64,000 nucleotides of DNA from Rotaria socialis. Lineage: Eukaryota. A program made the translations under genes and the position numbers. Below are positions 39,168 through 53,543 of the stretch, piece after piece. The notes beneath the pieces are model-generated. The model made no database searches. It worked only from the letters and a program-made list of their open reading frames with translations, and was not told the origin of the DNA. Numbering within the stretch: the stretch's first letter is position 1; every line of letters starts with the position of its first letter. The stretch covers positions 1 to 64,000 of the forward strand of contig CAJNYD010000365.1 in NCBI GenBank assembly GCA_905331295.1, written 5' to 3'.

Positions 39168-42100
39168 TCATGCACCACCAGTAAAATTGATATAATTTTC
39201 TGGTATAAGACCAGTTTTACCATTAATTGTGCCCATTACCTATTCAAAAAATAAACCATAATAATAATAATTCACGTTTTTTACGAAATTTTATTTTGAA
39301 AAACTTACCCATCCAGGTTCTTTCGACGGTCGGACTAAAACAAATGAAAACAATTTTTTAGTAACTTAATTATGTATTGCTTATTTCTCAAATGTTACCT
39401 TGCGTTACAATTTCATTTGCATTAAATGATAATTCGGAATCATTATCAGCTCGGCACTGATATAAAGTTACACCGCGTGTTTGTCTAAAAATAAAACAAA
39501 GAAAAAGCAATGATTAAAATTTATTGCTAAGGAAATTCATAACAGATCACTAACGGTTTAGGAGGAAGATTTGTTAAGTTTGGTGTTCGTATTGATCGTA
39601 CTGTTGATGATGAACCATTAACTGGTTCTAATTTTGATGATGAAAGACTATTTGTGGTTGATAAACGAGTAGGAGTATCGGATATCTGCCTTGTATAAGA
39701 TGATAGAGAAGTTGAGCGTGTTTGACTACTGAACAAATTGGAACTTTGTAATGATTGAACACCGGTTGATGACGTATTACTTAGAGATTCTAAACTACTA
39801 CTAGAACTCGCTAAAAGAAAAAATAATAATAATACAATAAAACTAAATTGACATAGGTTGTTTGAAATAATTTTTTCGAATGAATTAACTTTAAAACATT
39901 TCTATATTAATCTCTAAATTATAAATTTATTAGATAATCTTTTTTTGCGTTAAGCAAATCTTCGGATTTCTTTCCTTCGAACTTGATGTTTTAGACTAGA
40001 AAAAAAATGAAGTAATCACTTACAATCTTTTCGACTTGTATCTTCTGGAGTTGTTGCGTATATGTTTTTATTGGCAATACTTAAATGATAATCTGGATTC
40101 GGTATACCTTTTCGACGTGTATCGACTGCTGTTTCGATTGCATCACTTGTCGTCGCCGTTGTTGCTGCTGTTGTTGTTGTTGGTCGTCTTGCCATTGACT
40201 GATAAAGGAAAAGAAAAATACATCCATCGATTATCTTGTTCTTTTGACAACGTAGATTAAAGAATCTTACAGCTAATGATGATAGAGAATTGCTTAAATT
40301 AACAACAGAATTTTCGCCATTGTCATGACTTCCAACCATTTCATCGATATCTTTTTGATCAAGTTTTGATTTAAACATTTTTTCATAATGTATTATAATT
40401 AATTCAACGATAGCATTGCGAAATTTAATATCATATATTGATGAAACAGTTTCAACTTCTGGTCGAAGCAACGATGGACCAAAGCAAACACCCAGATTAA
40501 CAGGTGTCATCAAGTTTTTTTCATGCAATTTTGCGACTCTGCAAAAACAAAATGTTCGAGTTTTTGCGAAAATGAAAGTTTTTGAATTTAAAGAAAATTC
40601 GATTTACTTATGCAGATGCGCCATGAGAATATGTAAAAGATCATGACTTGGCTTAGGCAATTCTTTTAATAAAGTATGAAGTGTTCGAATACGATCTGCT
40701 TTATCATCAATCACTAGAAATGAATCATATTTTAACAAAACCACTGTACGAAATTGGCAGAAAATTTTCCTACTCGCTGCTTCAATAAATCGATTATGCA
40801 ATTTAAATGTAAACACAGGTTCTTTTAATGTTCTTAAATAAAGTTTAAGCGCTGAACAAACTGTCTTTAATTCCATATCTTCATCAACAGGTGTTGATAA
40901 TTTTTGTGCATTTGTTTTATGTGAATCTAAATAAACGATATGATTAATTGTTTTGTTTTTTGGTTAGTAAAAAAATTAATTTTACCAAAATGCGCAGCAA
41001 CTACTGAATTAACTTTTGATTGCATACCAACAATACGATAAAGACCTTGTTCATGTAAACCTCGACGTTCAATTGTTCGAATGCATTTCTTAATAAAATC
41101 AATACCAGTTTCATCCAATTCATCTAATCAAAAGAATTATTTCTTAGTTTGTTGTTTTTCTTGTAGTTTAGTTTTAAAATTTACTTTGCATTTCAGTTTT
41201 TGAAGATATTTGTGGTTTACAGACATTGACTTGTCCTCCCATAATTGATATCCATCCTTCAAGGTCGTCATCAGTCATTGATTGAAATGTAAAAACCAGC
41301 GGCTTATCTGATGATGCACCTTTCTCAATAGCTTGAATATCGAACATGAATCGTTTATCAAGCTTTTCATCGGCTAAATGAATCTGGCAACCACGTACGA
41401 AGACATCATATGGACTTAACTACATTTACAAATTACAAAAAGAACACTAGCATTATAGGTTCATTATTTTACTGATATTTAAGTAGCTATTATTCTGGTG
41501 AATTTTAAAAGCTACGTTAATTATTAGCAATAGTTAAATAAGCATTAGCCATACGAATATATATACATATCTATCTTCGTTGTCTTGTTACATCTACTAT
41601 GATACTTCTCAATTAAGCGAGAGATATTTACTCTCAATGGATGCTTTTGTTTGGCATAGCAAAGAGTGCACAGAAAAAAGAACGCATTTAAAAAGATTAT
41701 TTTTATCACAATAAAATACTTCAGTTCGATAATATTTAATGCGGAATCCTAGACGCATACTTGTCATCGTTTCTAACAATCAAATATAAATATAATGTAA
41801 AGAGAAGTTCTATTATCGTGTATCGATTTCAAGTCGATCTAATAATGATTAGAAAAACAAATAATCATTTTTGATTGAATCAAAAATGTATAGTTCTCTT
41901 TAGAATAATAGGTTCAAGTATTTTCTAAGATTTCTCTTTTAAGTATTATTAGCCAAATTTTTTTAAAGTGACAGCTGTAAATTACAGACTCTTTATCATT
42001 CTACATATTAATCAATATTAACACGAATAACAAGATGGTCTTAAATACAGCGAATAAAAGAGTACTTATATTTCAATAAAAATGATTAATTAGGTGAAAG

Positions 42101-44086
42101 TCATTTAATCACAGTAAATGTTCTTGTAAGAAATATTTTGCCAATTTACATTAATCTGTTCGATATGTAGAGAAATAAGAATTACGAAATCGATAGATTA
42201 TTATTTTGTTACTCTTCATTCTTACATCACTTTGCATACAAAATCATCTCGTCTTTTATAGAGTAGTTCACAGTGCTCGAATTCGAAGTTCTATTAACAT
42301 TTCGAATTCATAGTTTCAAACGACATCAAATTCTTATTTCTTTACAAAATCCTTGTAAACCAAACGATCATGTTCGATTTAGTTTTCAATCAATGCAAAG
42401 TCGAGAGTTCTCTTGCGTTATGTTTCACCTTTACCAAACATCAGAAAATGTCATTGTTTCGGTTGATTTCAATGCAATATTATGACATTTCAACCAAGGC
42501 AATATGCTTTATGCAACTACTCTCTACGATCAATAAAATTTTACCTGTTTTGTACTCGTTTGTGTAAAATTAATCATTCTCAATAGACCAATATCTTTTC
42601 TATATTGACAATAATATTTTGTTAATGCTGTTGTACCAATAATTTTATCTAGATGAATAGAAATTTATTCAAAAAGAATCTATCGACAAGCATCACTTTC
42701 TCATACTTCTTTCAATAAGAAATAAATAACCTTCGCGATTATATTCTTGATTTCGAAGTAAATGATCTTCTGGTCTCTAGAGAAAAAAAAAGAAATCAAT
42801 TCTTAAATTTATTGTTAATTTAGACTCTTTAATGCTATTACCATTAACATTTTCCATTTTAAATCTTCACCTTCTCGTTGAAAACAATCAAAATTTTCTC
42901 GACACTAAAAAATATAATCGATTTCAGAATAAAAAACTGAAGAAAAATCCTTTGCTATCTGCCATACTTTCAAAACACGATGATGTAAAAATTTTATAAA
43001 ATAATCAAATTCTTTATAAATTTCTTGGCCTATAATTAAAACCAAATTTAGTTTTTTTTTTCATAATTCTAAACAATTAATTAATCTCTTTTCTTACCTG
43101 CATGATAAAACGATAGAAAATTGAGCATTAAAGCCAAAAGCTAAATAAATAAATAATTTGTTCAACGATTGTTTTTTTTTAATTTGTAAAATGAATTACT
43201 GTTTCAACAAAATCAAATTTTTTTCTTTCTTGAACTTGTTGTAATAAAAAAACATAATCAAGTGTTTCTTCACGAAACTTTTTTGTATGAACTAAAAGAT
43301 TAGCATCGGCCTAAAAAGCAACATATTATGTTGAAAAATTTAGTTACAATCAATTCATACTTCTTGAAAAAGGTCTCCTCGTTTTGTTGGTATTTTCATA
43401 TTATTTTCTATTAAAGTACAATAACGTTGAGTAGTTTTATCGAATTCCTTCTTCTTATTCTAAAAGGTAATAATTCAATTTTTTCATTAGTGAAAATCAA
43501 TTTTAATCAGCAAACTTTTGCTTTTCCAATTGTTGTCTTTCGAAATTCGTCTAATTTTTTTAAATATGTTTCCGATGATGCACTCTAAATAATATTTAAC
43601 TCATAGATACAGAATAAATTTTCACCATTGAAAATTTACCAGTGCGTCTCTTGCTTCTTCAATACGATGTAACACTTCGCCCATGTATGCAAGTGATGAT
43701 TCTAGTTAAAATAGGAAAAGAAAATGAATATTTCTGAAAATTAAAGCTCATCAAAATAACAAACCGATATCTCGTTCTTCGTCCGTTTGTTTACTTCCAA
43801 CAACGAAAAATTTAAAACTTTTTAAAGTTTCAGCAACACTTCTTGATGCTTTCGACAAAGCTATTTTTAAAACAAAAACAATTTTAATTTTATGACTAAA
43901 AATTTTGTTTTTGCTGTTTTTTATACTTTTATTAGCAACCATAACTTCATTTAATTTTTTTATTAATGTCTTTATGGCAGTTGACGTATTCTCCAGTTCA
44001 TTTTCATGTTGACGTAGTTTTTCACGAAACTCCGGCGAATCTGTAAGTGCTTCTGTGAATTCAAGTGGTGGTAATTTAAGTACCAT
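39168..44086 (-). CDS. Graf: GRAF/oligophrenin-family RhoGAP (BAR-PH-RhoGAP-SH3; ARHGAP26/10-like)
   Basis: LPPLEFTEALTDSPEFREKL (BAR); PH exons; RGLHEQGLYRIVG, KTVCSALKLYLRTL, NLMTPVNLGVCFGPSL (GAP); LYQCRADNDSELSF…GKTGLIPENYI (SH3). Confidence 0.95.
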
Positions 44087-44802
44087 TGTTGTCTCTTATT
44101 TAATATAGATATTATCTATAACAAGCAAATCTTCAAATAAATACAAAGAAAACATGAGATAATAATAAAAAAAGGAAAGAGTTACTAATATGATCGTTAT
44201 GTTCTTTTTCTCACGTTTCTATGCGCATATTGACATACCACATAAAAAAAAACTTTATGTAGGCTACACATATTCATTGTCGATAGAACGAGGGGGTTAA
44301 AATACAAGTTGAAAGGAAAGAGGAGGAATTGCTGTCTCCCTCTTTTCTTTCCTATTTGGCCCTGCAATTCGTCTTTGTCTCGTAACAACTACTGATTATA
44401 TTTACGTTATATCACAGACCCCGTTTAGCTCGTCCGCCCCCTTGCAAAACGAGAAGAGAACAAATGGCACAGTGATGTCTATGTGTGTATAGCAATTATG
44501 GACAATAAGTCATTTGCTGCTATCCTATGATGATCATCCATTTTCTCTTGGTCGTGTCTCAGCCCATAAATATAAACACACTAGCAACATCGCATACCAA
44601 GCTGTGAGTTTCAGATGGCATAGCATCTTAGTTATGCTTATGTTAGTCTCACTTTAATCGACGTATCATGTTGATTCGGCGCACGCACATTCATAATGAT
44701 TATTGGACGATGGTAGTGTTAGTGAAAGAAAGGGATAGGCAAAAAAATGAGAGCAAGACAGAGAGAGAAAAAAGACTTTTCTACTGCTGTTACTACTCTT
44801 GC

Positions 44803-44810
44803 TGACGTCA
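44803..44810. promoter_or_regulatory. Palindromic CRE (TGACGTCA) in a GC-richer patch of the divergent Graf/RPL6 intergenic region
   Basis: Exact consensus match. Function not demonstrated. Confidence 0.3.
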
Positions 44811-46092
44811 GTCATGACCTCGGAGCGCGAATTGGACGCGCACGATCTGTCTGCTGTTGACATCTTTTAGATAGCAAGGCCATCCTGACTATAAAACAAA
44901 TTCTTGTAGCTAGTATCAATTGAGACTTACATAAATACATTGCTTTTTTTCCTCGATAAATTTGTTTTTAGCATGAACAGACTGTATAGTATTCTATGTA
45001 GCTAATCGAACTGTTTACTTATCTTGACCACACACATTAGGTTACAATGTGCACACCCACATCCACACAAAGAGAAAATTCGAACTGCTCATCTTTATAT
45101 TTCTATCTAAATAGTACATCCGCCAAGAAATAAACAAAAAGATGACAACTAACTTAAACAACTAAAATTTACCAAATCATAGGAAACAATGTAACTTCAA
45201 ATATGAAACCATACGGAAAGTGATGACAGAAATGCATACAAAGAAAATTGTCATTCTGTTTTTCTATATATGCATGTATCCATATGTTATCACGAAGAAT
45301 GAATCTGGCGACAGCGAAGCGTCACTCATCTGATTGTCATGTAAGCATAATAAAAATAGTAGAATAATAGAATAATGTATGTTTTCTGTTTAAACAGAAA
45401 AAAGTGTAAAAACAACAAATTAACTATGTATACTTTAAAATAAGTTAATTAAATTAGAGAACACATATGACTTTGATTATTTTGTCATTTGATAGATACA
45501 TGACAAACAAAATTCTAGTTACAATCAATAAATCTTGACAAAGCTTTCAGCTGCATCAGTTAAAAAAAATCTATTACCAATTTTCATGACAAGAGAAAAC
45601 AAGCTAAAGAATAAAATTGTGAATATTATATGTTGTTGAAAGGATAGAATCATAAAAAAACGTTGTTACTTGTCGCGTAGAAAAGAACAAAACCATTCAT
45701 GACTGCTTGATTAACACTTGATGATTCATTTACACTGGGCTACTATACAGCATAAAATCAACCAATCATATTCATTGTGATATCGCACATGGAAATAATA
45801 GTTTCTCAAAATATATTATTAAATTCATAATAATTTTTCAATAAAAATAATCGCAAAATTTTCATTGATAAATATAAATGATTTATATATCATTGAAATG
45901 TTCATAACACACTCAACTTTGATTGGAGGATCAACAAGCACCATTTTACTTTGCTTATTTTTCATTTATAAACATATACAGTTCTTGTATTCATTTGATT
46001 TTTTGTATTTAAAAAAAAATATAATTTCATTCTCTAACCATTGAAACCTTTATTTTCATTATGTTTTTTTTTCTAGAGAGAAGAACTCGATC

Positions 46093-48143
46093 ATGTCGAC
46101 TCCTTCGGCTAAGACTGTACCAACAGGTGGTAAATCTAAAACAACAGCTAGTGGTAAATCTACAACAACAACTAGTGGTAAAAAGGTAGTCAACTCACAT
46201 TCAAATCGATTATTGAACGGCGATGGTCTTATGCGATTTTCACGTGGTCGCATGTTCCATCGACGTGCATTATATCGTATTGGCAAATGGAAAGATCAAC
46301 AAGCTAAATTAAAAGCAGATAAAACGAAAAAAACCGCTGGAAGTATTCAAAAGAAAAACAAACGAGCACCAGCACTTAAAAAGAAACCAATCGGTGGCGA
46401 TCGAAATGGTAAAGAACGTCTTGTACGAACAAAACGATTTGTAAGTATAGTTTTTTGATTTTAGTATGTTTTCTGTAATCCTATCGTTTTTTTATTTATT
46501 CAAGCCACGTTTCTATCCAACTGAAGAACGACCAAAGAAATTTTCTGTTAAACGAAAGAAATTCGGCGATCACCCACGTCGATTCCGATCATCGCTTTCA
46601 CCTGGCACCGTTGTCATTCTTGTTGCTGGTAAACATGCCGGAAAAGTAAGAGATTAGATATTAATTTTTCTTTTGTTTCACTGTTGTTTTTTTCTTTCTT
46701 TAATTCTTTAGCGTGTAGTTGTCGTTAAACACTTATCATCTGGACTTTTATTAGTTACTGGTACGTATATATTTGTGTTGTAATTGACTTTAGAACGAAA
46801 TTTTATTTCTATATCATTAGGTCCATATAAATTGAATGGTGTAAAATTAAGTCGTGTGAATCAAATTTATGTTATTGCAACAAGTACAAAACTCGATGTT
46901 TCAGCCGGTAAATTCGATGCATACGATGATAAATTCTTCAAACGTGTTCGCCCGGCTAAGAAAGATGCTGAAAAAGATATATTTGATTCAAAGAAAGAGG
47001 TAAAATTAATTTGCAAAATTATTTTAAATTCTATTGAAAAATTTCATAATATTATTCGCATAAGTCCCTTTTCTTGGTCACCTTGATAAAATAATACGCC
47101 ATCGATTTTAAGGATTGCTATTATTGATCTAGACTCCGTGTCGAGGGGGAAAATGCATGAGAGTTAATGGTTTAACGTGTTTCGTTTGTTTCTTTCAGAC
47201 ATTGAACTTCCTAGACTATTAAATATGAAGTCTAGAAGAAATCATTGGTCTAGTTCATTAACAGTACGGAATGCTAAAAACATAGCATTGAAAAAAATGA
47301 TTTTATTTTCCATCGTGTAGAAATTTTTAATAAAAACAATAATATTTATTTAATTATTTTGAAACTTGCTGCTAAATTGATAAACAGAATAATCGTTAAA
47401 ATATTACTAGAATACACAGAGAGGAACTAATAGGATCTGCTTTGATAACTACATGTATTCAATTCTATTGTCATAGTAAAATGCTGAAACTATCCAAATC
47501 ATAAAAATGGTCGAAAGTATTTTTCTAGTATTGTTACAGATGTTCGATTTTGTGATTATTTATTCCAACTTGTTTTGGTCTATGATAAATAAGGCTGCTA
47601 TTTTTTTGTTTCATTGCTATGAATAGAATGAAAATAATCGCAGCCAATGAGAGTTCGTAATTTTTAGGCTGGATATTATCCTTGCATAAGTACATATTAA
47701 ATCCATCTTCTATCAAAAATGAGACTTCCTTTTTTTTTAATTCTTAATTCTACCTTTTTATGGGTATTTTCGCACTATGGGCGTCGCAAATAGAATTTCT
47801 TCTATTTTGAATGTATGACATTATTTTCATAATCAACATCAATTTTTTTCTGGCAAAGCAATGAACTTTACTTCTATTTATCGATGAAGAATTTTGAGGG
47901 CAGCAAAGGGCGATATTATCTTAACCGAAATCATTCACTTTTGAGTACTTCGAATTAAAATAACTGTTTTTATTTTTCTAGAAACCAAAACTCAGCGAAG
48001 AACGTACTCAAGCTCAACGTACTGTTGATACAATCGTTCTTACTGCTATTAAAGCCAATGCCGATTCACGCGTTCTTCGTCGCTATCTTAAAAGTCGTTT
48101 TCAACTTTGGAATGGTGTTTTACCACACAAGTTGAAATTCTAA
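46093..48143 (+). CDS. RPL6: 60S ribosomal protein L6 (eL6), 5 exons
   Basis: MRFSRGRMFHRRALY, KKPIGGDRNGKER, PRFYPTEE, SLSPGTVVILVAGKHAGKRVV, LLLVTGPYKLNGV, NQIYVIATSTK, PHKLKF*. Confidence 0.97.
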
Positions 48144-48598
48144 AGACAAACAAACGAGATCGTTAAAAATTGAATATCACAAGCAACAAATCCAACGATC
48201 ATCACGTAACAACCATTATATAATGTTGCTGTTTTTGTTGTTTTTTGTTTCGATTTAATACAGAAAATTTTTTTTTCGTTTTCTATCCGTGACAAACTAA
48301 GAAAAGAAAGAACATAATAAAAAAAAGAATTACAAACGAAAAAACTACTTAACTGCTAAACGCCAAATATAGTATCATTTTTACGAACTCAGACTCTGAT
48401 GAGTTAGTTTTCTTTTCTCATTCACCAACGACTTGTCAAAAACAACAGTCGACGTACTTCATTCACCTAATGGAACAAACTCTTACACTTATTTATTGTC
48501 ACACCCTCGTTTCTGTTTCTTTTTTGCCATAAAGACAAACATTTAAAAAATTATAGTTTAGAATACAAGGTGAAGAGATTAAGAACAAGTTTAGCTGT

Positions 48599-49894
48599 AT
48601 GCATTCGGACATATTTCAAATCATGAATGACGTGCATCAACCAGTAGTTTCAGCAAAAATGCCTACTATTAGGCAGCGATTACCATTTAATGACGTTCCA
48701 TCGGTTCATATGATTAAATTAAAACGTGGTCTCATTCAACGTTCTCTTCTTTATTGTTTTGAAAAGGGCTATTTTTCATTGATTCGTTATTTACTTCAAT
48801 CAGATTCAGCAGATGTCCGTGAACGTGACCATGAAGGTCGTACGGGTCTGATGTATTGCTGTTTTATTGATAGTGACTGTTGGGCACAAAATATTTCTAT
48901 GATCCTACTCGAGTATGGTGCTAAAATAGAAGATGAAGATCACAATGGACTTAATGCATTACATTATGCAATTATAACACAACGATCAATTTTAGTTAGA
49001 CGTTATCTTGCTTCACTTGATTTTGATCTTAGTCGAGCAGTAGATATCTATGGTAATACATGTTTACATTATGCATGTTCAACAGGTAATACAGACATCG
49101 TTCGTTCTATTCTTGATGCAATGAAACGTTATTCAGTTGATCTATCAGTTAAAAATCATCATCAACTAACAGCACTTGATATTGCTTGTCAATTAAATCA
49201 TGAACGTTGTCAAAATCTACTTCGTAATGAAATAACACTTATTGAACATACTAATAAAGTATCAACAAAAACACGTGAATCACATACAACTATGAAATCA
49301 TTATTTGAACGACGTTCATCTACACCAACGAGAACAAATTCAACGGCATCAACGGCACATCTTACAGAATCTATTGTATCGGTACCCATAATCATGTCTC
49401 GATCAAAAAATTTTCCAAATCATTTTTCAACTACAATAAATTCTAACAATAAAGAAAACATTGTTAACCCAACACCTATATTTGTTGATCCAATTAAATC
49501 ACGTCGTATCTCACTTAGACGCAACGAAACTCTCGATTTAACACTTGCGAATCAAGTAAAAGGTCGAGTTGATTTTGCTACAACACCATTAACAACTAAA
49601 AATGCTATTTTAAGTGCATCATCATCAACATGGCGTGATGATTTTTCACATATGTTTAATCAATTACTAACATTTAAAACGCCATCATATCGAAAAACTA
49701 TTCATGCACCATTAAATACTGAATTACCAAGTTATTTATTTGAAAGTACATCTGACGGGTTTGGTGCCGATGGAAATGACAGTAATCACCAATCGCAATC
49801 ATCTTTGCGAACAAATCTATCACAGAAAGTCATTCATCGACGACGAAGCAGTGCAGTTAGTACTTTATTAGTGGCACATAAAATGAAAAAATAA
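48599..49894 (+). CDS. Intronless ankyrin-repeat protein (N-terminal ANK repeats, low-complexity tail; ANKRD34/63-like layout)
   Basis: GRTGLMYCC, GLNALHYA, GNTCLHYAC, LTALDIA repeats. Confidence 0.85.
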   Translation: MHSDIFQIMNDVHQPVVSAKMPTIRQRLPFNDVPSVHMIKLKRGLIQRSLLYCFEKGYFSLIRYLLQSDSADVRERDHEGRTGLMYCCFIDSDCWAQNISMILLEYGAKIEDEDHNGLNALHYAIITQRSILVRRYLASLDFDLSRAVDIYGNTCLHYACSTGNTDIVRSILDAMKRYSVDLSVKNHHQLTALDIACQLNHERCQNLLRNEITLIEHTNKVSTKTRESHTTMKSLFERRSSTPTRTNSTASTAHLTESIVSVPIIMSRSKNFPNHFSTTINSNNKENIVNPTPIFVDPIKSRRISLRRNETLDLTLANQVKGRVDFATTPLTTKNAILSASSSTWRDDFSHMFNQLLTFKTPSYRKTIHAPLNTELPSYLFESTSDGFGADGNDSNHQSQSSLRTNLSQKVIHRRRSSAVSTLLVAHKMKK

Positions 49895-50591
49895 ATTTTA
49901 GAAAATGAATCCATATTGTTTTGTATGATGATTCGATAAATGAAATTTTTCTAAGATTATTAATTGAACCAATGAAATTTGTGAGAACAAATTCAAAAAA
50001 ATGCGTCTTTTTTTTAAATAATAAATATATATTTATAATTTTTCTTTCATTTTACTCTTATTGGCAAGAAAAACGAATTAATGATGTGCACTGGTTATTA
50101 CTCGTGGGTAGATTTAATTTTGATCGACGGTGACAATATCGACAATAAAAACTATGATGAGACACTGAGAATATCAGAGCGAACAAGATTTCTACTAGCA
50201 TATATTTTCATGGTTACCATTTACGCACTTCTACTAGATAGAAAATAGTATTTTCGCAGGAAGTTAATGCTACTACGCCAACTTTGAATTGCTTGTTTGA
50301 ATTAATTGAATTCTTAGAAATTCTTGCCATCAAGCTGTTAGGCATGACCAAATAAAACATAAACCAATATTGTACATCAAGGACTAAATATTTAAGGAAA
50401 CAACCAAACCCATTGCCTGATAGTATTACACTAGAAAAGAGGAAACGTTTTTAGCGAATATTAACTTTTAGAATTAAAAACAAAGATTCGACTCATAACT
50501 ATTTTTTTAAATTCAAACTATGCGTAAAGAAAATAAACGATATTGAGCATGATTTTAATTTATTAATTGAAAAACTAACTATCAGTATGTT

Positions 50592-52117
50592 TCAAATATC
50601 AAATTGACCAGTTGGTCGTAATAGAGTAATTATTGACAAAGCACGAAAAATAAACATATATATAATGGGATCAATAAGAAAAACGCACATTTGTATATAA
50701 TAGATAATAGATTTTATTGAACGAACATGTTCTATTGGTACATGTATGAATATTAAAAGTATAATATTAATCAATGACCAAATAAGAATAATGTATGAAG
50801 CATATTGAAATAATTTTTTTCGCTGTATTATATTTAATCTTTGTGTATGCTGTTCAATTTTAAATGTTGCGAAGTATTTCGATATTCGACGGTCTATGGA
50901 TTTCATTTGTCGATTATGTGATATTATTAAGAGAATATACGGTATGATACAAGTAAACGATAAAACAAAAAATGTATACGACAAATTAAATTTATAATTA
51001 ACAATACATATACTTAATATATGATCGAATATCATTGATGCCCATTCATTGCTTACACTTGGCCATGTAAAAATACATGAGTAAATAAAGATACATAGAA
51101 AAAGAATTAATATACGACAATAGGTTATTTTTTGCCAATATTTACTAAATATAAAACAATAATGCCATAGAAGACGTATACTGATCGTTAAATTTATGTG
51201 AAATAATGTTAAAACGTGAAGCGAAAAACTTTGTATAGTGCATAAATTTAGCGAATATTTTATTGTATTTGGATAAAGTTTTGGATATAAATATATACCA
51301 AAACGTAACCAATTAGTTAGAAATAAACATGTACATAGAAGAAGACCGAATGAACGAACTGTTCGATTTAATATTGTTTCACATTCAAAAAGAATGGCTG
51401 ATGGTAATGATGAATACGATGATGGTATCGATGGAATTCTATTAGCTACAAATGATTTTACTGGTTCGACTTCTGTAACATTTAAACATGATTGTTCAAT
51501 ATTCGATGATGGTATATCTGCTACAATATAAACCAAATAAAAAATTAAGATGAGTACAATTGAATTCGTAATTTTGATTCTTTTTCTTTTTTTTTATTGA
51601 ATTCTTTAAAACTACCAGGTTATCAGGTAATTTATGATCTATTGTAGTTTCGTTTTCAAGTATTGAATCACTATATAACGAGTATTTTAGTATTCTCAAT
51701 TTATCATATTTCTATATTTTATCATATACTCATTAGCATTAAGCAAATAGGGAGATTTCCTCTTTCTCTCTCTCTCTCTTTTGATCAGAGAAATTCATTG
51801 CTGTATGTAAATCTGTAGAACTTTAGGTATTTGCATAAAATAAGTTTAATTTCTATGTCTTGATTTTTCAGCCAGTAAATTTGCGCCTAACTTAATTTCA
51901 CAGCTAGATATAGGCTAGTAAGAAACTAACCTGTATTTAATTTTTCCGTCGGTGTTTGTTTAAAATATCGATGAAATAAATGTCGTGATATATTTACTAT
52001 TTGCCATTTATTGTTAAAGATTGTTGTTAAAAAAAATATAATATGAATTATAAAACTGACAATCAAATATGATAAAGTTGTCATCATGATTAATTCATCG
52101 TCATTCATAGTAGTCAT
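50592..52117 (-). CDS. Divergent rhodopsin-like 7TM receptor; exons ~52117-51931 and ~51520-50592
   Basis: TM1 in the upstream exon. Phase-1 junction ACAG|GTTAGT … TGTAG|CA. TM3 Cys (LCTIQ), ECL2 Cys (SICIV), TM5 IIPY, TM7 DPIIY. Confidence 0.7.
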
Positions 52118-53543
52118 AGATAGTGACGATTGGTTACTGCCTGCAAAAAATAAAAAAGACATCTTGCTTTAACCTATACTGTATATCTAATACCAATAAC
52201 AAGTGTTCCCATACGAGTTAATACTGTTCGACTAGAGAAAACCGACAAGAAAACAAGAAGGCGAGAGGCAAAGATCAAAAAAATGCGATTTTTCGCGTAT
52301 ATGTGTATGTGGGATTGCCTATCGTTTGTACGTCTCGATCACAGCTAATCAGAGTAGAAAAAAGGAAAGAACACAAATAAAAAATTAATTTCTCTCTATG
52401 GAATCTAATCTGCGTGATGTCTCTTTTTTACAGCTTCACTATAGTTCCGTTGCTGTGGGTGTAGTTGTTCCCAATATTGATCCAAGTCGTCGTAGTCGTC
52501 AACATCGTCATCGTTATCGGCAAAGAAAAAAAAAATAAAACTCATTCTAGTACAAATGTTTTTGTTTCTAGCCATCATCTTCATCTCGCATACCGGAAAT
52601 CGACAAATTAACAAACTCACAAAATCCCCTACAACTAATCGGATGCATATAGACTTTGTTTTTTGAAAAAATATTTCTCTCTATACAAATGTGTCACAGA
52701 AGAAGTTATAGAAACCGTGTTGAAACATATTTTCGAGCTAGTCAACATCATTCTTTTTTTAATGATGTTGTTCTTAAATAAAATCGAGGAATCTGATATA
52801 TTGACATTTGTCCGTTCGCTCTCTCCAACTTATTCATTCTTTAACAGTATTGTAAGCTAGATTGCTTCTTTTTTTCTCCTGTATATGTTATGATGTTCTT
52901 CTGGCAGGCATCTCATGTGTGCATGCATCATAACAATCTGCTTAACATAGAACAGGTGTTCTCCTGTTCTTATTTGAAACGCATTTATTTTTACAGTTTG
53001 TAATAAAATCCACCTCAGATATTTATTCTATTGAAAATAGTTTAACTGATAAATTATGATAAGTTAAAAATCTATTGAAAACCAAGGAATCAAACTTGCC
53101 GATTAGTTTTATCCGTTTATTTTAATGCAGTAGTTTATTGAAACGAGATAAATTGAATTAGTATTATTTGGCAGATAAGAGAATAACAAACAAGTAGCGT
53201 GGGAATGTCATCTCAATGATTTACTTTATATTACTTCAGTATTACTATAAATAATACAAAAGTTATCGATCAGAAAGGGCATCTGGATATGAATCGATCG
53301 ATTAATGATGTAGGGTTTTTTGTCTGTTTATTTGCGCTAATTTTTCTCTCTCATTTTATTCTGGATATTATCCATATGTCGATACAGACAAAAAAAAATG
53401 TTAGAGATGTATTTCAAGATACAACACGTACAAGAAATGATAACTTTTACAGTAGAACAGGGAGAAAATTGTTTTTATTTTTGCGATTTGTTTGCAATAA
53501 TCGTTCATGAAAACATCATTTGTCTGATTACGTTTTTCATTGA

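Noticed and set aside
48385..48415. CTGATGAG hammerhead-ribozyme-like core
   Set aside because: No properly placed GAAA or supporting stems; only a short hairpin.
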